This document shows, one piece after another, positions 49,861 to 61,927 of a DNA stretch of 64,000 bases (the first letter of the stretch is position 1; the number at the start of each line of letters is the position of its first letter). The notes beneath the pieces are model-generated. The model searched no databases. It worked only from the letters and a program-made list of their open reading frames with translations, and was not told where the DNA came from. Source of the stretch: an uncultured Veillonellaceae bacterium (GTDB lineage Bacteria > Bacillota > Negativicutes > JARBTT01); NCBI GenBank assembly GCA_963805085.1, contig CAWDTA010000005.1:96001-160000 (forward strand), read 5' to 3'. The position numbers and the translations under genes are program-made.

Positions 49861-51555
49861 ATGGACAATTTAACATGGTGGCAAAAAACGCTGGTATATC
49901 AGATTTATCCAAAGAGCTTCTGTGATAGTAATGGCGATGGTATTGGAGACTTGAATGGGATAACGCAAAAACTCGATTATATTCGTGCTTTAGGAGTAGG
50001 CGCGATCTGGCTAACACCAGTATATGTATCGCCAATGGTCGATAACGGCTATGATATTGCCGACTATCGCAACATTGCACCGGAGTACGGTACAATGTCA
50101 GATATGGAGACGCTCATTGGCGAAGCAAAGAAGCGAGGTATTCGCATTGTTATGGACTTGGTGTTCAACCATACCTCCAATCAGCACAGCTGGTTCAAGG
50201 AGTCAAGAGCAGATCACAGAAATTGTAAACGTAACTGGTATATATGGCGTGATGCCAAAACAGACGGAGCACCACCGACAAATTGGCGAGGCATCTTCGG
50301 CGGCTCGGCTTGGACTTTCGATGAGGTTACCAAACAATATTATTTACATACCTTTGCAAAGGAGCAGCCCGATTTAAATTGGGGAAATCCTGAAGTACGC
50401 AAAGCGTTATATGAGATAGCAAATTTCTGGCTGGATAAGGGAGTCGGCGGATTCCGTATTGATGCGATTACCTATATCAAGAAGCCAGAAGAATTTAAGG
50501 ATTTACCAGCCGATGGTCCAGATGGTATGAGTAATGTGCATGTTGCAACAGCAAATCAGCCGGGGATATTGGAATACTTACATGAATTTAAGCGAGAAGT
50601 TTTTGCAGGGAAAGATATGTTTACGGTGGCAGAGGCAAATGGTGTATCAGCTGAAGAGTTGCCACAATGGATAGGCAGGAATGGCGCCTTTGATATGCTG
50701 CTAGAGTTTAGCCATATGGACTTAGATATGGAAGCATCGAGCCTTTGGTGCCATCCAGTTACTTGGAAGTTGACACAGCTCAAAAAGGCGCTTAGTAATA
50801 GTCAGAGGGCAACGTCAGAAAACGGTTGGTATCCAGCATTTTTTGAAAATCATGACCAGCCGCGCTCGGTGAATAAATTTTTCTCGGATCATGCAGATCA
50901 AAAGCTAGCGGCAAAAGTACTGGCAACTGTGTTATTTACCTTGAAGGGAACGCCGTTTATCTATGAAGGAGAAGAACTCGGCATGACAAATACCAAATGG
51001 TCTTCCATTGAATGTTATGATGATATCGCTTCTAAAGGACAATATGTAATTGCTTTGCAGGAGGGATTCTCTAAAGAGCAAGCACTAGAATTTGTATGGA
51101 ATTACAGCAGGGACAATGCGCGGACGCCGATGCAGTGGACGAGCGAAAAAAACGCTGGATTTACGAGCGGCGAGCCGTGGCTGCCACTGAACGAAAAATA
51201 TCACGAGGTTAATGTAGGACAGCAAATCCAGAATGAAGATTCTGTACTGCGGTATTATCACCGTCTAGCAAAGCTTCGTCAAGAATATGATGTTTTGCTC
51301 AAGGGCAGTTATGAAGAACTGTTAGAAACAGATGAACAGATTTATGCTTATAGGCGTTTAATGCTTGAAAACAAAGTGATTGTTCTTTGCAATTTCTCTG
51401 GACGAGAGAAAGCGTACAGTTTACCAGAGCTTGAAGTCGATGGGAAGCTGTTGCTCAGCAATTATGGAGATGCACCAGATCAAGTTCTGCGTTCCTATGA
51501 AGCAAGGATATATCTCTGTGAAGGGAGGAATCCCCTTGAAGGTTGCAGCCAGTGA
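49861..51555 (+). CDS. GH13 oligo-1,6-/alpha-glucosidase
   Basis: YQIYPKSF.DSNGDGIGDL, DLVFNH, GFRIDAI, ENHDQPR, SRDNARTPMQW. Confidence 0.92.
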   Translation: MDNLTWWQKTLVYQIYPKSFCDSNGDGIGDLNGITQKLDYIRALGVGAIWLTPVYVSPMVDNGYDIADYRNIAPEYGTMSDMETLIGEAKKRGIRIVMDLVFNHTSNQHSWFKESRADHRNCKRNWYIWRDAKTDGAPPTNWRGIFGGSAWTFDEVTKQYYLHTFAKEQPDLNWGNPEVRKALYEIANFWLDKGVGGFRIDAITYIKKPEEFKDLPADGPDGMSNVHVATANQPGILEYLHEFKREVFAGKDMFTVAEANGVSAEELPQWIGRNGAFDMLLEFSHMDLDMEASSLWCHPVTWKLTQLKKALSNSQRATSENGWYPAFFENHDQPRSVNKFFSDHADQKLAAKVLATVLFTLKGTPFIYEGEELGMTNTKWSSIECYDDIASKGQYVIALQEGFSKEQALEFVWNYSRDNARTPMQWTSEKNAGFTSGEPWLPLNEKYHEVNVGQQIQNEDSVLRYYHRLAKLRQEYDVLLKGSYEELLETDEQIYAYRRLMLENKVIVLCNFSGREKAYSLPELEVDGKLLLSNYGDAPDQVLRSYEARIYLCEGRNPLEGCSQ

Positions 51556-52318
51556 TTTTGACGGAACACTGTTTATCGATAATACAATTTGTCCAGAAAA
51601 TGTAGAGGGGGTTCGTAAGTGGCGGGCGGCTGGCAATAAGTTTGGCGTAGTCACAGGTCGTGATTACGGCATGCTAGTGCCACAGTTAGACTATTTTGGC
51701 ATAGGCTATGATTTTGCGGTATGCAATAATGGTGCGATCATTTTTGGTGAGGATGGTAAGGTACTTTATCAAGCTGAGATTCCAGAGCAAGCACTTTATG
51801 TAATTGCGACACATCCCTGTGTGACAGATAGCTTGCATGTTGCATTTTCACAGGCAGAACGTAGTTGTATTTACCGAGAAAGAGAAGGTTCTTGGTTGGT
51901 TCGTGAGGCAAAACAATGGCAATTTTTGTTGAAGATGATTGAGATTGCTGAAATCCATGAACTTAGTCGGGTGCATCAAATCGCATTGGGATTTGCTAGT
52001 CTGGACGGGGCGGCGGAAGCTGCCCGGCAAATCAATTTACTATTTGGTGATACGGTGTACGCCTGCCAGAATCGTGGCAGCGTAGACATTACACCAATTG
52101 GTATTGATAAGAGCAAAGGCATTGAGCAATTGTTAGAATTAAAAGCCTGGCAGGCTGCAGAGGTACATGTTATTGGTGATGAAATCAATGATTTACCAAT
52201 GATGCATAAGTTTAATGGCTATGCTGTCGAATCGGCAAGAGCGGTTATAAAAAGAGAAGCAAAGCGAAGTTTTGCTACGGTTGGCAGTATGCTACAAAAT
52301 AATTTACAGAACATTTAG
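51536..52318 (+). CDS. Cof-type HAD phosphatase
   Basis: ASDFDGTL, VTGR, NNGA, IDKSKG, IGDEINDLPM; GGAGG RBS before TTG 51536. Confidence 0.88.
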   Translation: MKVAASDFDGTLFIDNTICPENVEGVRKWRAAGNKFGVVTGRDYGMLVPQLDYFGIGYDFAVCNNGAIIFGEDGKVLYQAEIPEQALYVIATHPCVTDSLHVAFSQAERSCIYREREGSWLVREAKQWQFLLKMIEIAEIHELSRVHQIALGFASLDGAAEAARQINLLFGDTVYACQNRGSVDITPIGIDKSKGIEQLLELKAWQAAEVHVIGDEINDLPMMHKFNGYAVESARAVIKREAKRSFATVGSMLQNNLQNI

Positions 52319-52369
52319 AATTTTAAGATTATTTTTAAAAAATAAAAAAGTAAAGGATGTTGGCATAGA

Positions 52370-53638
52370 ATGAAAATGAAAAAAAGTTTGACCACATTGG
52401 CAATTACTTTGGCACTAGGAGCAGCGACAACGGCGTTCGCAGCCGTTGCGACATCGGCGGATAGTTTTACTGATGTACCAAAAGATCACTGGAGCTATGC
52501 CGCACTTGATGAATTAGCTAAGGATGGAATCATTGAAGGTTATGGAGATAGTAAATTCCAAGGCAATCGTATGATGAGCCGCTATGAAATGGCGACCATT
52601 GTTGCCAAGGCGATGGATAAAGTAAAATCTGGCTCGCTCGGCGATCAGGCACTGGTTGAAAAACTTGAAAAGGAATATGGTAGTGAACTTGAAGCACTCA
52701 ATAAGAAAGTCGATGCTTTAGATAAGAAAGTCGATGAAACGAATGTACGTATTGACAATGTGAAAATTACAGGTTTTGTTCGCACACAGTGGGATAGCGA
52801 TGATCAGGGAGGTAACTCTAACAATGGCGATAAACGTTTCTATATGGATTTAGAAGGTGAAATGAAAGTTTCCGATAACTGGAAAGCGAAATTTCAGTCT
52901 GAAACGAACCGCCATTATTCAAGTATTAATGGAAAAACACACAAGGGAAATGATGATACCGATACAGGTACCTTCCAAAGAATCTGGGTTGATGGCACTA
53001 TCGCAAATGATTGGTATGTAAATATTGGTAGAAAATGGAGTGGTATTGGCTATCAAAATATGCTGCAGGGCAGTGAAACGGATGGCGTGCAGCTCTGGCA
53101 TCCAATTTCTAAAGATCTGATGGTCAGCGGCTGGTCCTTTGCGCCTACTTGGAATGGTGCAGATTACACTGTCTATGGCGCTAATATCTTCGGGAAAATT
53201 GCCCATAACCTAGAACTCAATGTTGCCTATGGCGCATCAAATAAGGAAAAATGGTTCGGTGATAAATATGGCTCTGCTGATTTGCGTACACAGCTTACAC
53301 CAACTGTGAAGTTGACAGGTACTTATGTATGGACAGGCGCAGATGAAGATAATACAGATAAAGCAGTTCGTCTGGACTACAAGGGAACAAATCTTAAAAA
53401 TGTTGGATCGTTTGGTGCTTATACGCGATTTGTAAACTATGGTGCCAATGGTGATATTGGCCATGATGATGAATGGGGTTCTTTACCAAGCAATATGAAG
53501 GGCTGGATTTTCGGTGTTAAATATGTGCCTTGGCAAGATGTAGAATGGGAAACACTCTATTCTAAACAGACAATAAATGAGAACAGTACAAAAGATGACA
53601 GAAAGTTGTTCCGTACACAGGTTGATTTCCATTTCTAA
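52370..53638 (+). CDS. SLH-domain outer-membrane porin (OmpM-like)
   Basis: Signal peptide, SLH FTDVPKDHWSY..GIIEGY..SRYEMA, coiled-coil stalk, beta-barrel ending LFRTQVDFHF. Confidence 0.9.
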   Translation: MKMKKSLTTLAITLALGAATTAFAAVATSADSFTDVPKDHWSYAALDELAKDGIIEGYGDSKFQGNRMMSRYEMATIVAKAMDKVKSGSLGDQALVEKLEKEYGSELEALNKKVDALDKKVDETNVRIDNVKITGFVRTQWDSDDQGGNSNNGDKRFYMDLEGEMKVSDNWKAKFQSETNRHYSSINGKTHKGNDDTDTGTFQRIWVDGTIANDWYVNIGRKWSGIGYQNMLQGSETDGVQLWHPISKDLMVSGWSFAPTWNGADYTVYGANIFGKIAHNLELNVAYGASNKEKWFGDKYGSADLRTQLTPTVKLTGTYVWTGADEDNTDKAVRLDYKGTNLKNVGSFGAYTRFVNYGANGDIGHDDEWGSLPSNMKGWIFGVKYVPWQDVEWETLYSKQTINENSTKDDRKLFRTQVDFHF

Positions 53639-53680
53639 TAATATAGATTTTGTTATCAGCATGTAAAGGAGGAAAGACCC

Positions 53681-56600
53681 ATGACACATAAAAAGAATCT
53701 AGTGTGTGCCGTTGTATTAGCAGTTTCACTTGGTATGTTTGCGACTCCGCTGTTGGCACCGAATGCAACGGCCACGACCTTTATAGCAAGAGCAGAAGCA
53801 GCGCAGTCAGTGGGACAAGTAGTTATCCTTGCCGGTAGTTTACAAGATGAATTGGGCGGCAGCAAAGAGTGGAATCCGAGTGATCGAAGAACGATGATGA
53901 AAGCTCTTGGTAACGGTAAATATCAACTCAAGGGCAAGCTTCCCGCAGGAAATTATGAGTTTAAGATTGCAGTTGGCGGCAGTTGGAATGAAAATTACGG
54001 CGACAAAGGTCAGCTTAATGGAGCAAATATCGCCCTGCACCTCAAGGCCGCGCATGAAGTGACGTTTGATTATGATGCGGCTACCCATCTTGCTACGTAT
54101 ACTTATGAGGGGATGGCAGCAGAGCAGGAAGCAGCGATAAAAGAAACTGTAGCGGCAGCTGTGCAGCAAAGAAAAATAATGATTGCTGGCAATCTGCAAC
54201 GGCAGCTTGGTGCGGGCAAAGATTGGGATCCATCGGATATGAAAACGCAGATGATAGATCTCGGTCATGGATTTTATAGCTATACCGCCAATCTGCTGGC
54301 GGGGTCTTATAGTTATAAAATTGCTGTCAATGGAAGCTGGAATGAAAATTATGGATTAGGTGGCGATGCTGATGGGGCTAACTTACAACTCACATTGGCA
54401 AAACCACAGGCGGCGACATTCTATTATAATGATACAACTCATAAAATCAAAGACAGCAGTAGCTATAAATTATTGTCAGATAAGGAACTGCCAATGGTTA
54501 GCGGTGATTTTGCGAAGGTCGCAAAAGGTGATTTCATTATGCGTGATACGATACTCGATGGATTTTATACAATAAGTCTTGACGCTAAAGCTGGTACCTA
54601 TAATGTGGCGATCATGCAGAAAGGTAAACAGATTGCGGCTCAGCCAATCACGTTGAACAAGGATGGCAAGGTAGCGCTTTATTTTGATAATAAGGCTGAT
54701 AAATTGATCGTTGATGATGGCAGTATCCATGAAGATAAACTCTATCATAATACATGGGAACTTTCGAGTCGTCAGCCATTTGAAGCTGTCAAAGCCGGCG
54801 ACAGCGTGAAACTTTCCATTAGCGGTCAAAAAGGCGATATCAAAAAAGCACAACTCGTCTTGTTCAAATCGAAGATTGTTGCCAAAGGTGGCGATGAATA
54901 CAATATCGATTATAATGCTGGTACGACAACGGTATATGATCTGGATTTTATCAGCAGTGAAAATGACAAAGATGTTTGGTCAAAAAAAATCCAGCTTAAT
55001 GAAAACGGTATTTACGGCTATAAATTTATCATCAACGGAATAAAAGAATACGGCGATGATGCGAAACCAGGTCAAACGGGTATGGTAACCTTGCGAGATG
55101 CTAAACCATTTCAGCTGACCGTTTATCGGGCTGATTATAAGACGCCAAATTGGGCAAAAGAAGCCGTTACCTATCAAATTTTCCCAGATCGTTTTTATAA
55201 CGGTGATACAAGCAATGACAATGCGAAATCGACAGCGCGCGGCTTGCAGCCAATCCAACATAAGAGTTGGAATCAGTTGCCAGCCAATCATACGAGGGCA
55301 CCACAGCTTGACAGTGATTCATATGAATGCAATGACTTCTTTGGTGGCGATCTCGCTGGCATTACAAAAGAACTCGATTATTTGCAGGATCTTGGTATAA
55401 CAGCTATTTATGTGAACCCGATCATGGAAGCAGCATCCAACCATCGTTATGATGCTGTAAACTATGAAAATATCGATCCCTTCCTCGGCACACAGAAAGA
55501 TTTTGATACACTGGTGAAGGAGATGGATAAACGCGGCATGCATTTGATCATGGACGGCGTGTTCAACCATGTTGGTGATGATTCAATTTATTTCGACCGC
55601 TACAGCAAATACAAAACAGTGGGTGCTTATGAATACTGGTCGCGAATTTACGATTTAATGAACACCAAGCATATGAAGCAGGATAAAGCTGAAGCGGTTG
55701 CTAAAAAATCGCTCATAGCGGAAGGACAGGTGTTTAGTCCATATAATTGGCAGAATTGGTTTGATATCTATAATGAAAAAGCTGTTGATGAAATGGGGGC
55801 CAAATACAACTACCACTCTTGGCAGGGCTATTCAAGTCTTGCACCATTCAAAGATTTTCCGCCAACGGCTACTTCACCGGTCAAAGATGCGCCAAGCCAG
55901 CTAAATAATATCGATCTTGACAACTATCTCATCTATGATGATAATGCTGTAATTACAAGTTGGTTCAAAAAGGGTTTGTCTGGCTGGCGGTTTGATGTGG
56001 CCAAAGAAGTTCCGCCAGAATTTTGGGCAGCAGTACGGGATAAAGTGAAGACACTTAAGAACAGACAAGGTGATGAACCATTATTGCTTGGTGAAATCTG
56101 GCAGGATGGCTCGCAGTTCCTTACCGGCGACCAGTTTGATTCGGTCATGAACTATAAGCTCAGCTTTGCTGTAGGTGATCTTTTCTTGAATAAGGGTGAT
56201 GCTGCCGCCGCTGATGTTGAGCTCAAGACCTTGCAACAAAACTACCCGAAAGAAGCTCTTTATGATTTGATGAATATCGTGGATTCACATGATGTAGTCC
56301 GTGCTATTTTCAAATTTGGCGGGGGAAAAGATAGTGTGGCTCAGGCTTCTTTGAAAGATTTCAACTATGATGAAGGCAAGGCAAAACTTAAACTTGCAGC
56401 GACATTCTTGATGGGGTATCCAGGAATGCCAACGATTTATTATGGCGACGAAGCTGGCTTGTATGGTAGTGTGGATCCTGACTGCCGCAGAGCCTATCCA
56501 TGGGGATATGAAGACCAAGATTTGCTCAATTATTATAAAAAAGTAATAAAAGTAAGAAATGATAACAAAAAGCTTTTTGCTTACGGTGATGTATCTACAC

Positions 56601-56830
56601 TGAAAGCTGAGGGGGATCTTTATGTATACGGTCGGTCTTGTGCTGGTGAAAATGCTGTAGTTGCTATGAACAGAGGCAATGAGACAGAAATCACACTTGA
56701 TGTACCGCAATATACTGATGGCATGGTGTTTACAGATGCTTTAGATAATAGTTATCAGGTTTCTGTTGAAAATGGCAAGTTGACAATTAGTTTAAACAAG
56801 TTTCAGTCAAGGATGCTAATTAATCAATGA
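53681..56830 (+). CDS. Exported GH13 amylopullulanase with two X25-like N-terminal modules
   Basis: Signal peptide; duplicated AG.LQ..LG....W.PSD..Y..KIAV.GSWNENYG; YQIFPDRF, DGVFNH, GWRFDVA, GEIW, SHD, DPDCRR. Confidence 0.9.
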   Translation: MTHKKNLVCAVVLAVSLGMFATPLLAPNATATTFIARAEAAQSVGQVVILAGSLQDELGGSKEWNPSDRRTMMKALGNGKYQLKGKLPAGNYEFKIAVGGSWNENYGDKGQLNGANIALHLKAAHEVTFDYDAATHLATYTYEGMAAEQEAAIKETVAAAVQQRKIMIAGNLQRQLGAGKDWDPSDMKTQMIDLGHGFYSYTANLLAGSYSYKIAVNGSWNENYGLGGDADGANLQLTLAKPQAATFYYNDTTHKIKDSSSYKLLSDKELPMVSGDFAKVAKGDFIMRDTILDGFYTISLDAKAGTYNVAIMQKGKQIAAQPITLNKDGKVALYFDNKADKLIVDDGSIHEDKLYHNTWELSSRQPFEAVKAGDSVKLSISGQKGDIKKAQLVLFKSKIVAKGGDEYNIDYNAGTTTVYDLDFISSENDKDVWSKKIQLNENGIYGYKFIINGIKEYGDDAKPGQTGMVTLRDAKPFQLTVYRADYKTPNWAKEAVTYQIFPDRFYNGDTSNDNAKSTARGLQPIQHKSWNQLPANHTRAPQLDSDSYECNDFFGGDLAGITKELDYLQDLGITAIYVNPIMEAASNHRYDAVNYENIDPFLGTQKDFDTLVKEMDKRGMHLIMDGVFNHVGDDSIYFDRYSKYKTVGAYEYWSRIYDLMNTKHMKQDKAEAVAKKSLIAEGQVFSPYNWQNWFDIYNEKAVDEMGAKYNYHSWQGYSSLAPFKDFPPTATSPVKDAPSQLNNIDLDNYLIYDDNAVITSWFKKGLSGWRFDVAKEVPPEFWAAVRDKVKTLKNRQGDEPLLLGEIWQDGSQFLTGDQFDSVMNYKLSFAVGDLFLNKGDAAAADVELKTLQQNYPKEALYDLMNIVDSHDVVRAIFKFGGGKDSVAQASLKDFNYDEGKAKLKLAATFLMGYPGMPTIYYGDEAGLYGSVDPDCRRAYPWGYEDQDLLNYYKKVIKVRNDNKKLFAYGDVSTLKAEGDLYVYGRSCAGENAVVAMNRGNETEITLDVPQYTDGMVFTDALDNSYQVSVENGKLTISLNKFQSRMLINQ

Positions 56831-57155
56831 TCATGGGGAGTGGAGCGAAATCTCCACTCTCTATTTTGTCAAGGTGAATGATCAACAGGATATTGATAGT
56901 TTCACAAAAACTGTGAAAAGTTCCTAAACCCCTGATATCTATTGAATCAACGAGCTTTTGGTGATAACATGAAAACTGTCAAAGCGCATTGGCAATCATT
57001 ATAATGAAGAACATCATACCTGGTATTTAAAAAGGTTTTCTAGGCAAACTTTCTGGAAGATAGTATAGGGAGAGTTTGGTCGGTAGCATTGTTGCTGCTG
57101 ATAAAATGGATAGAGGTAATTGTTGAATATTTGTTCACAGAGAATTAAAAAATAG

Positions 57156-58508
<1,353 letters not shown>

Positions 58509-58514
58509 AAAGAT

Positions 58515-58564
58515 TCATATAAAAATACGTCCCACTCATTGAGTTGGGGCGTATTTTTATATGA
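58515..58564 (+). terminator. Hairpin terminator after GH4 gene
   Basis: tcatataaaaatacgtccc...gggcgtatttttatatga. Confidence 0.65.
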
Positions 58565-58733
58565 GTGGAACTCTATGGTTAATGCTTGTGCTTGATATTA
58601 TTGGAACAATTGCCTTTGCGATGAAATATGATATCCACTTACCAGTACTTTAGTGGTTTTACTGGTTTACACTTATATAAATAGAAGTTATATTGTTATT
58701 GCTAAAATGTAACTATGTATACATGTATGCAAC

Positions 58734-58762
58734 TTGACAGAATTTATTATCCTGTATATAAT
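58734..58762 (+). promoter_or_regulatory. Consensus sigma-A promoter of amtB-glnK
   Basis: TTGACA-17 nt-TATAAT exact. Confidence 0.85.
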
Positions 58763-58769
58763 AATAAAC

Positions 58770-58928
58770 ATCAACAAGATAGTTCGAGGCAATGAAGCCT
58801 CCGCAATAGTTATTTGCGGGGGCTTTTTCTATTTTTTTAAAGTATCTTGTTTGACGAGACAATGACGTCTTGCCACTTAAAGTAATAAGTTGCGTGTATT
58901 ACTAGAGTTGCAGACGTTTATTTTTTTT
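58770..58928 (+). promoter_or_regulatory. ANTAR-like leader: two hexaloop hairpins each overlapping a terminator
   Basis: gaggc-AATGAA-gcctc and agac-AATGAC-gtct; each 3' arm starts a terminator stem followed by a U-run. Confidence 0.7.
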
Positions 58929-58961
58929 CAAAAAAGTATGAGAGAAAAGAGGGGGATTAGA

Positions 58962-60323
58962 ATGAAAAAGTTATGGCCTACAATGTTAACAACACTTATG
59001 TTAGTTGCTATGATGGTTCCTGTAGCTTTTGCTGCAGATGCAGAGGCGGCTACCAAAATTGATTCAGGGGATACTGCTTGGGTACTAGTAAGTGCTGCAA
59101 TGGTATTTATTATGACACCTGGTCTTGGTTTCTTCTATGGTGGTATGGTTAGAAGTAAAAATGTTTTATCGACAATCATGCAAAGTTTCTTTATTGTTGC
59201 ACTTATTTCTGTTGAATGGGTATTATTTGGTTATTCTTTAACGTTTAGTGGTGATGTTTCAGGTATTATTGGTAATCTTGATAAAGCCGGTTTGGCTGGT
59301 ATTGGGGTCACTACAATTTTAGATAATGGTACAATTCCTGAATTTGCTTTTGTTGCTTTCCAATGTATGTTTGCTGTTATCACACCAGCTCTTATTACAG
59401 GAGCTTTTGCTGAAAGAATTAAATTCTCGGCTTTTGTAGTGTTCAGTTCCTTATGGGCAATCTTCATTTACAATCCAATGGCTCACTGGGTATGGGGTGG
59501 CGGCTGGTTAGCTAAACTTGGCGCACTTGATTTTGCCGGTGGCCTTGTAATTCATATTTTATCTGGTGTTTCAGGCTTAGTGTTTTGCTTAATGGTTGGT
59601 AAAAGACGTGGTTATGGTAAATCTCCAATTATTCCGCATAATATTCCAATGATTGTGATTGGTGCTACTTTATTATGGTTTGGTTGGTTTGGCTTTAATG
59701 CTGGTAGTGCTCTTGGTGCAAATGGTCTAGCTGCTAGTGCCTTTATTGTTTCTCAAATCGCTGCTGCTGGGGCAACTGTATCTTGGGTAGTAGCAGAATG
59801 GATCTACAATGGTAAACCAACTCTATTTGGCGCAGCGAGTGGGTGTATTGCTGGTTTAGTTGCAATTACGCCTGCTGCGGGTTATGTAACACCAATGCCA
59901 GCTCTTATTATCGGTCTTGTTGGTGGGGTTGTGTGTTATTTCTCCGTTGCTGTGGTAAAAGCAAAACTTGGTTATGATGATTCTCTAGATGCTTTTGGTG
60001 TTCATGGGGTTGGTGGTACTTGGGGCGCAATTGCAACTGGTCTTTGGGCAACAACTTCTGTAAATGAAGCTGGTGCAGATGGCCTGTTCTATGGCAATCC
60101 GGATTTAGTTGTAACGCAATTAATTTCTGTAGTAACTGCTTGGGCGTTTGCCATTGTTGGTACATTCATCCTTGTAAAACTGATCGGTTTATTTATGCAA
60201 ATTAGAGTGGATGAAGCTGATGAAGTTGCTGGTGTGGATATTAGTGGGCATGGTGAAAGTGCCTATGGTCAAAGTATCGTAGCTGGTCATCCAGTCATCG
60301 GTGGTCAAGACGTAAATTTATAA
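58962..60323 (+). CDS. amtB: Ammonium transporter
   Basis: MTPGLGFFYGG, FQCMFAVIT, HWVWGGG, DFAGGLVIH, WFGWFGFNAGS, YDDSLDAFGVHG; RBS before ATG 58962. Confidence 0.96.
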   Translation: MKKLWPTMLTTLMLVAMMVPVAFAADAEAATKIDSGDTAWVLVSAAMVFIMTPGLGFFYGGMVRSKNVLSTIMQSFFIVALISVEWVLFGYSLTFSGDVSGIIGNLDKAGLAGIGVTTILDNGTIPEFAFVAFQCMFAVITPALITGAFAERIKFSAFVVFSSLWAIFIYNPMAHWVWGGGWLAKLGALDFAGGLVIHILSGVSGLVFCLMVGKRRGYGKSPIIPHNIPMIVIGATLLWFGWFGFNAGSALGANGLAASAFIVSQIAAAGATVSWVVAEWIYNGKPTLFGAASGCIAGLVAITPAAGYVTPMPALIIGLVGGVVCYFSVAVVKAKLGYDDSLDAFGVHGVGGTWGAIATGLWATTSVNEAGADGLFYGNPDLVVTQLISVVTAWAFAIVGTFILVKLIGLFMQIRVDEADEVAGVDISGHGESAYGQSIVAGHPVIGGQDVNL

Positions 60324-60451
60324 AAGACAATAATATGAGGAGGGGAATGCTCCCCTCCTCATATTTTATAAATTTATTAAGTTTACTAAAAATATAGTAA
60401 CCTCATAAGTTATAAGTTTGATATAATTTTATAATAAGGGGAGGTATAAAC

Positions 60452-60811
60452 ATGAAAAAGTTAACAAAGATAGACATTATTACAAGACCAGGTAAACTTG
60501 AAGAGCTTAAAGAAGCATTAAATGCAATCGGCGTAGCTGGAATGACGGTGAGCCAAGTTTATGGTTGTGGTCTGCAAAAGGGGCATAAAGAAGTATATAG
60601 AGGCCAAGAATATGCCATTAACTTAGTTCCTAAAGTAAAAGTTGAAACAGTTATTTGTGAAATCCCTGTAGAAAAAGTTTTGGAAGTGGCACAAAAAGTA
60701 TTAAAAACTGGTCAAATAGGTGATGGAAAAATATTTGTGTATAACGTTGAAAATGCAGTGCGTATTCGTACTGGTGAAGAAGGCGACATTGCAATTATTG
60801 ATCAAAAATAA
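60452..60811 (+). CDS. glnK: PII nitrogen regulatory protein
   Basis: GMTVSQVYGCGLQKG, EVYRG, TGQIGDGKIFV, RIRTGE; downstream of amtB. Confidence 0.92.
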   Translation: MKKLTKIDIITRPGKLEELKEALNAIGVAGMTVSQVYGCGLQKGHKEVYRGQEYAINLVPKVKVETVICEIPVEKVLEVAQKVLKTGQIGDGKIFVYNVENAVRIRTGEEGDIAIIDQK

Positions 60812-61061
60812 AATCGTATTAGATTTTATAGATATTTGGTGAATTTAATCATCTCAAGTATTTAATAGTATGCTGAGGCCAGTATATAACAAAATGTTGT
60901 ATACTGGTTTTTTCTTTTTAGAGAGTTTGTGTTAAATATATGTTAATGTATGTTATTATATGTTGATATATGTTATTATTTAACTAGTGATAGCAGGACT
61001 TTGGTCGTGTTTGTATAATTATGTAATAAAATAATTTTATTTTTTTAAGAAGGTGATCGAT

Positions 61062-61925
61062 GTGGAAAAAATTCGTGTATTGGTAGTGGATGATTCTAGA
61101 ATGAGTCATGCCATGATGGATGGAATAATATCTAGAACAAATTTTGAAATTTGCGATTATGCAAAAACAAGTGCAGAAGCTATAGAAAAGTATAAAATAC
61201 TAAGCCCGGATGTAGTTACTATGGATATGAATTTGCCGGATGCTGATGGCTTGGAATGTAGTCAACGAATTTTAGAATTGAATCCACATGCAAAAATTGT
61301 CATGGTTAGCGCGATGCGCGATGCTAATTTGATGATGCAAGGTCGTGCTATTGGGATCAGTGCATTTGTACAAAAACCATTGAATGAAAATGAACTGCTT
61401 GATACCTTACGTATGGTTTGCCAGTCAAATGAAGATAGCCTTAAAATATTGGAAGAATCTTATGTAAAAACGTTTATTAAAGTATTACATAAAAATTTAT
61501 TTAGTCTTGCTGGCGTTCATAGTGATATGAGTTATGAACTTTCCACGGAAGGAAAACTGGAGATAGACGGGATAGCAATTATCATTGGGTTTACTGGTAA
61601 ACCGATTGGTAGAGCCATTGTACATACTGATATCGATACGATGAATCAATTTGCTAGGGCTATTCTTGGCAGAAGCCCTGATGAAATCCTTAGTGATGCA
61701 GAAGCGAATGAATGTATGGAGGAAACTGCTAATATTATAGCTGGAAGTAGTGTTTCGATGATCAATGATATATTTAAAGATAAAGAACTTAGAATTACAC
61801 CTCCAGGTATTATTGTTGGTAAGAAACTTAGTATTGTAAATCCTAAGCTGACAACGTTTAATATAGTAGCAAGTACCGAACTAGGGGATCTAAAAATGAA
61901 TATTGGGTTTGCTGGAGGGGAGTAA
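61062..61925 (+). CDS. CheY-like receiver fused to CheX/CheC-like phosphatase domain
   Basis: VLVVDD, VVTMDMNLP, MVSA, VQKP; C-terminal EETANIIAG and ITPP. Confidence 0.85.
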   Translation: MEKIRVLVVDDSRMSHAMMDGIISRTNFEICDYAKTSAEAIEKYKILSPDVVTMDMNLPDADGLECSQRILELNPHAKIVMVSAMRDANLMMQGRAIGISAFVQKPLNENELLDTLRMVCQSNEDSLKILEESYVKTFIKVLHKNLFSLAGVHSDMSYELSTEGKLEIDGIAIIIGFTGKPIGRAIVHTDIDTMNQFARAILGRSPDEILSDAEANECMEETANIIAGSSVSMINDIFKDKELRITPPGIIVGKKLSIVNPKLTTFNIVASTELGDLKMNIGFAGGE

Positions 61926-61927
61926 CT

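Noticed and set aside
58708-58723. tgtaactatgtataca as GlnR/TnrA box
   Set aside because: Spacing is one base short of TGTNA-N7-TNACA; the ANTAR-like leader explains regulation better
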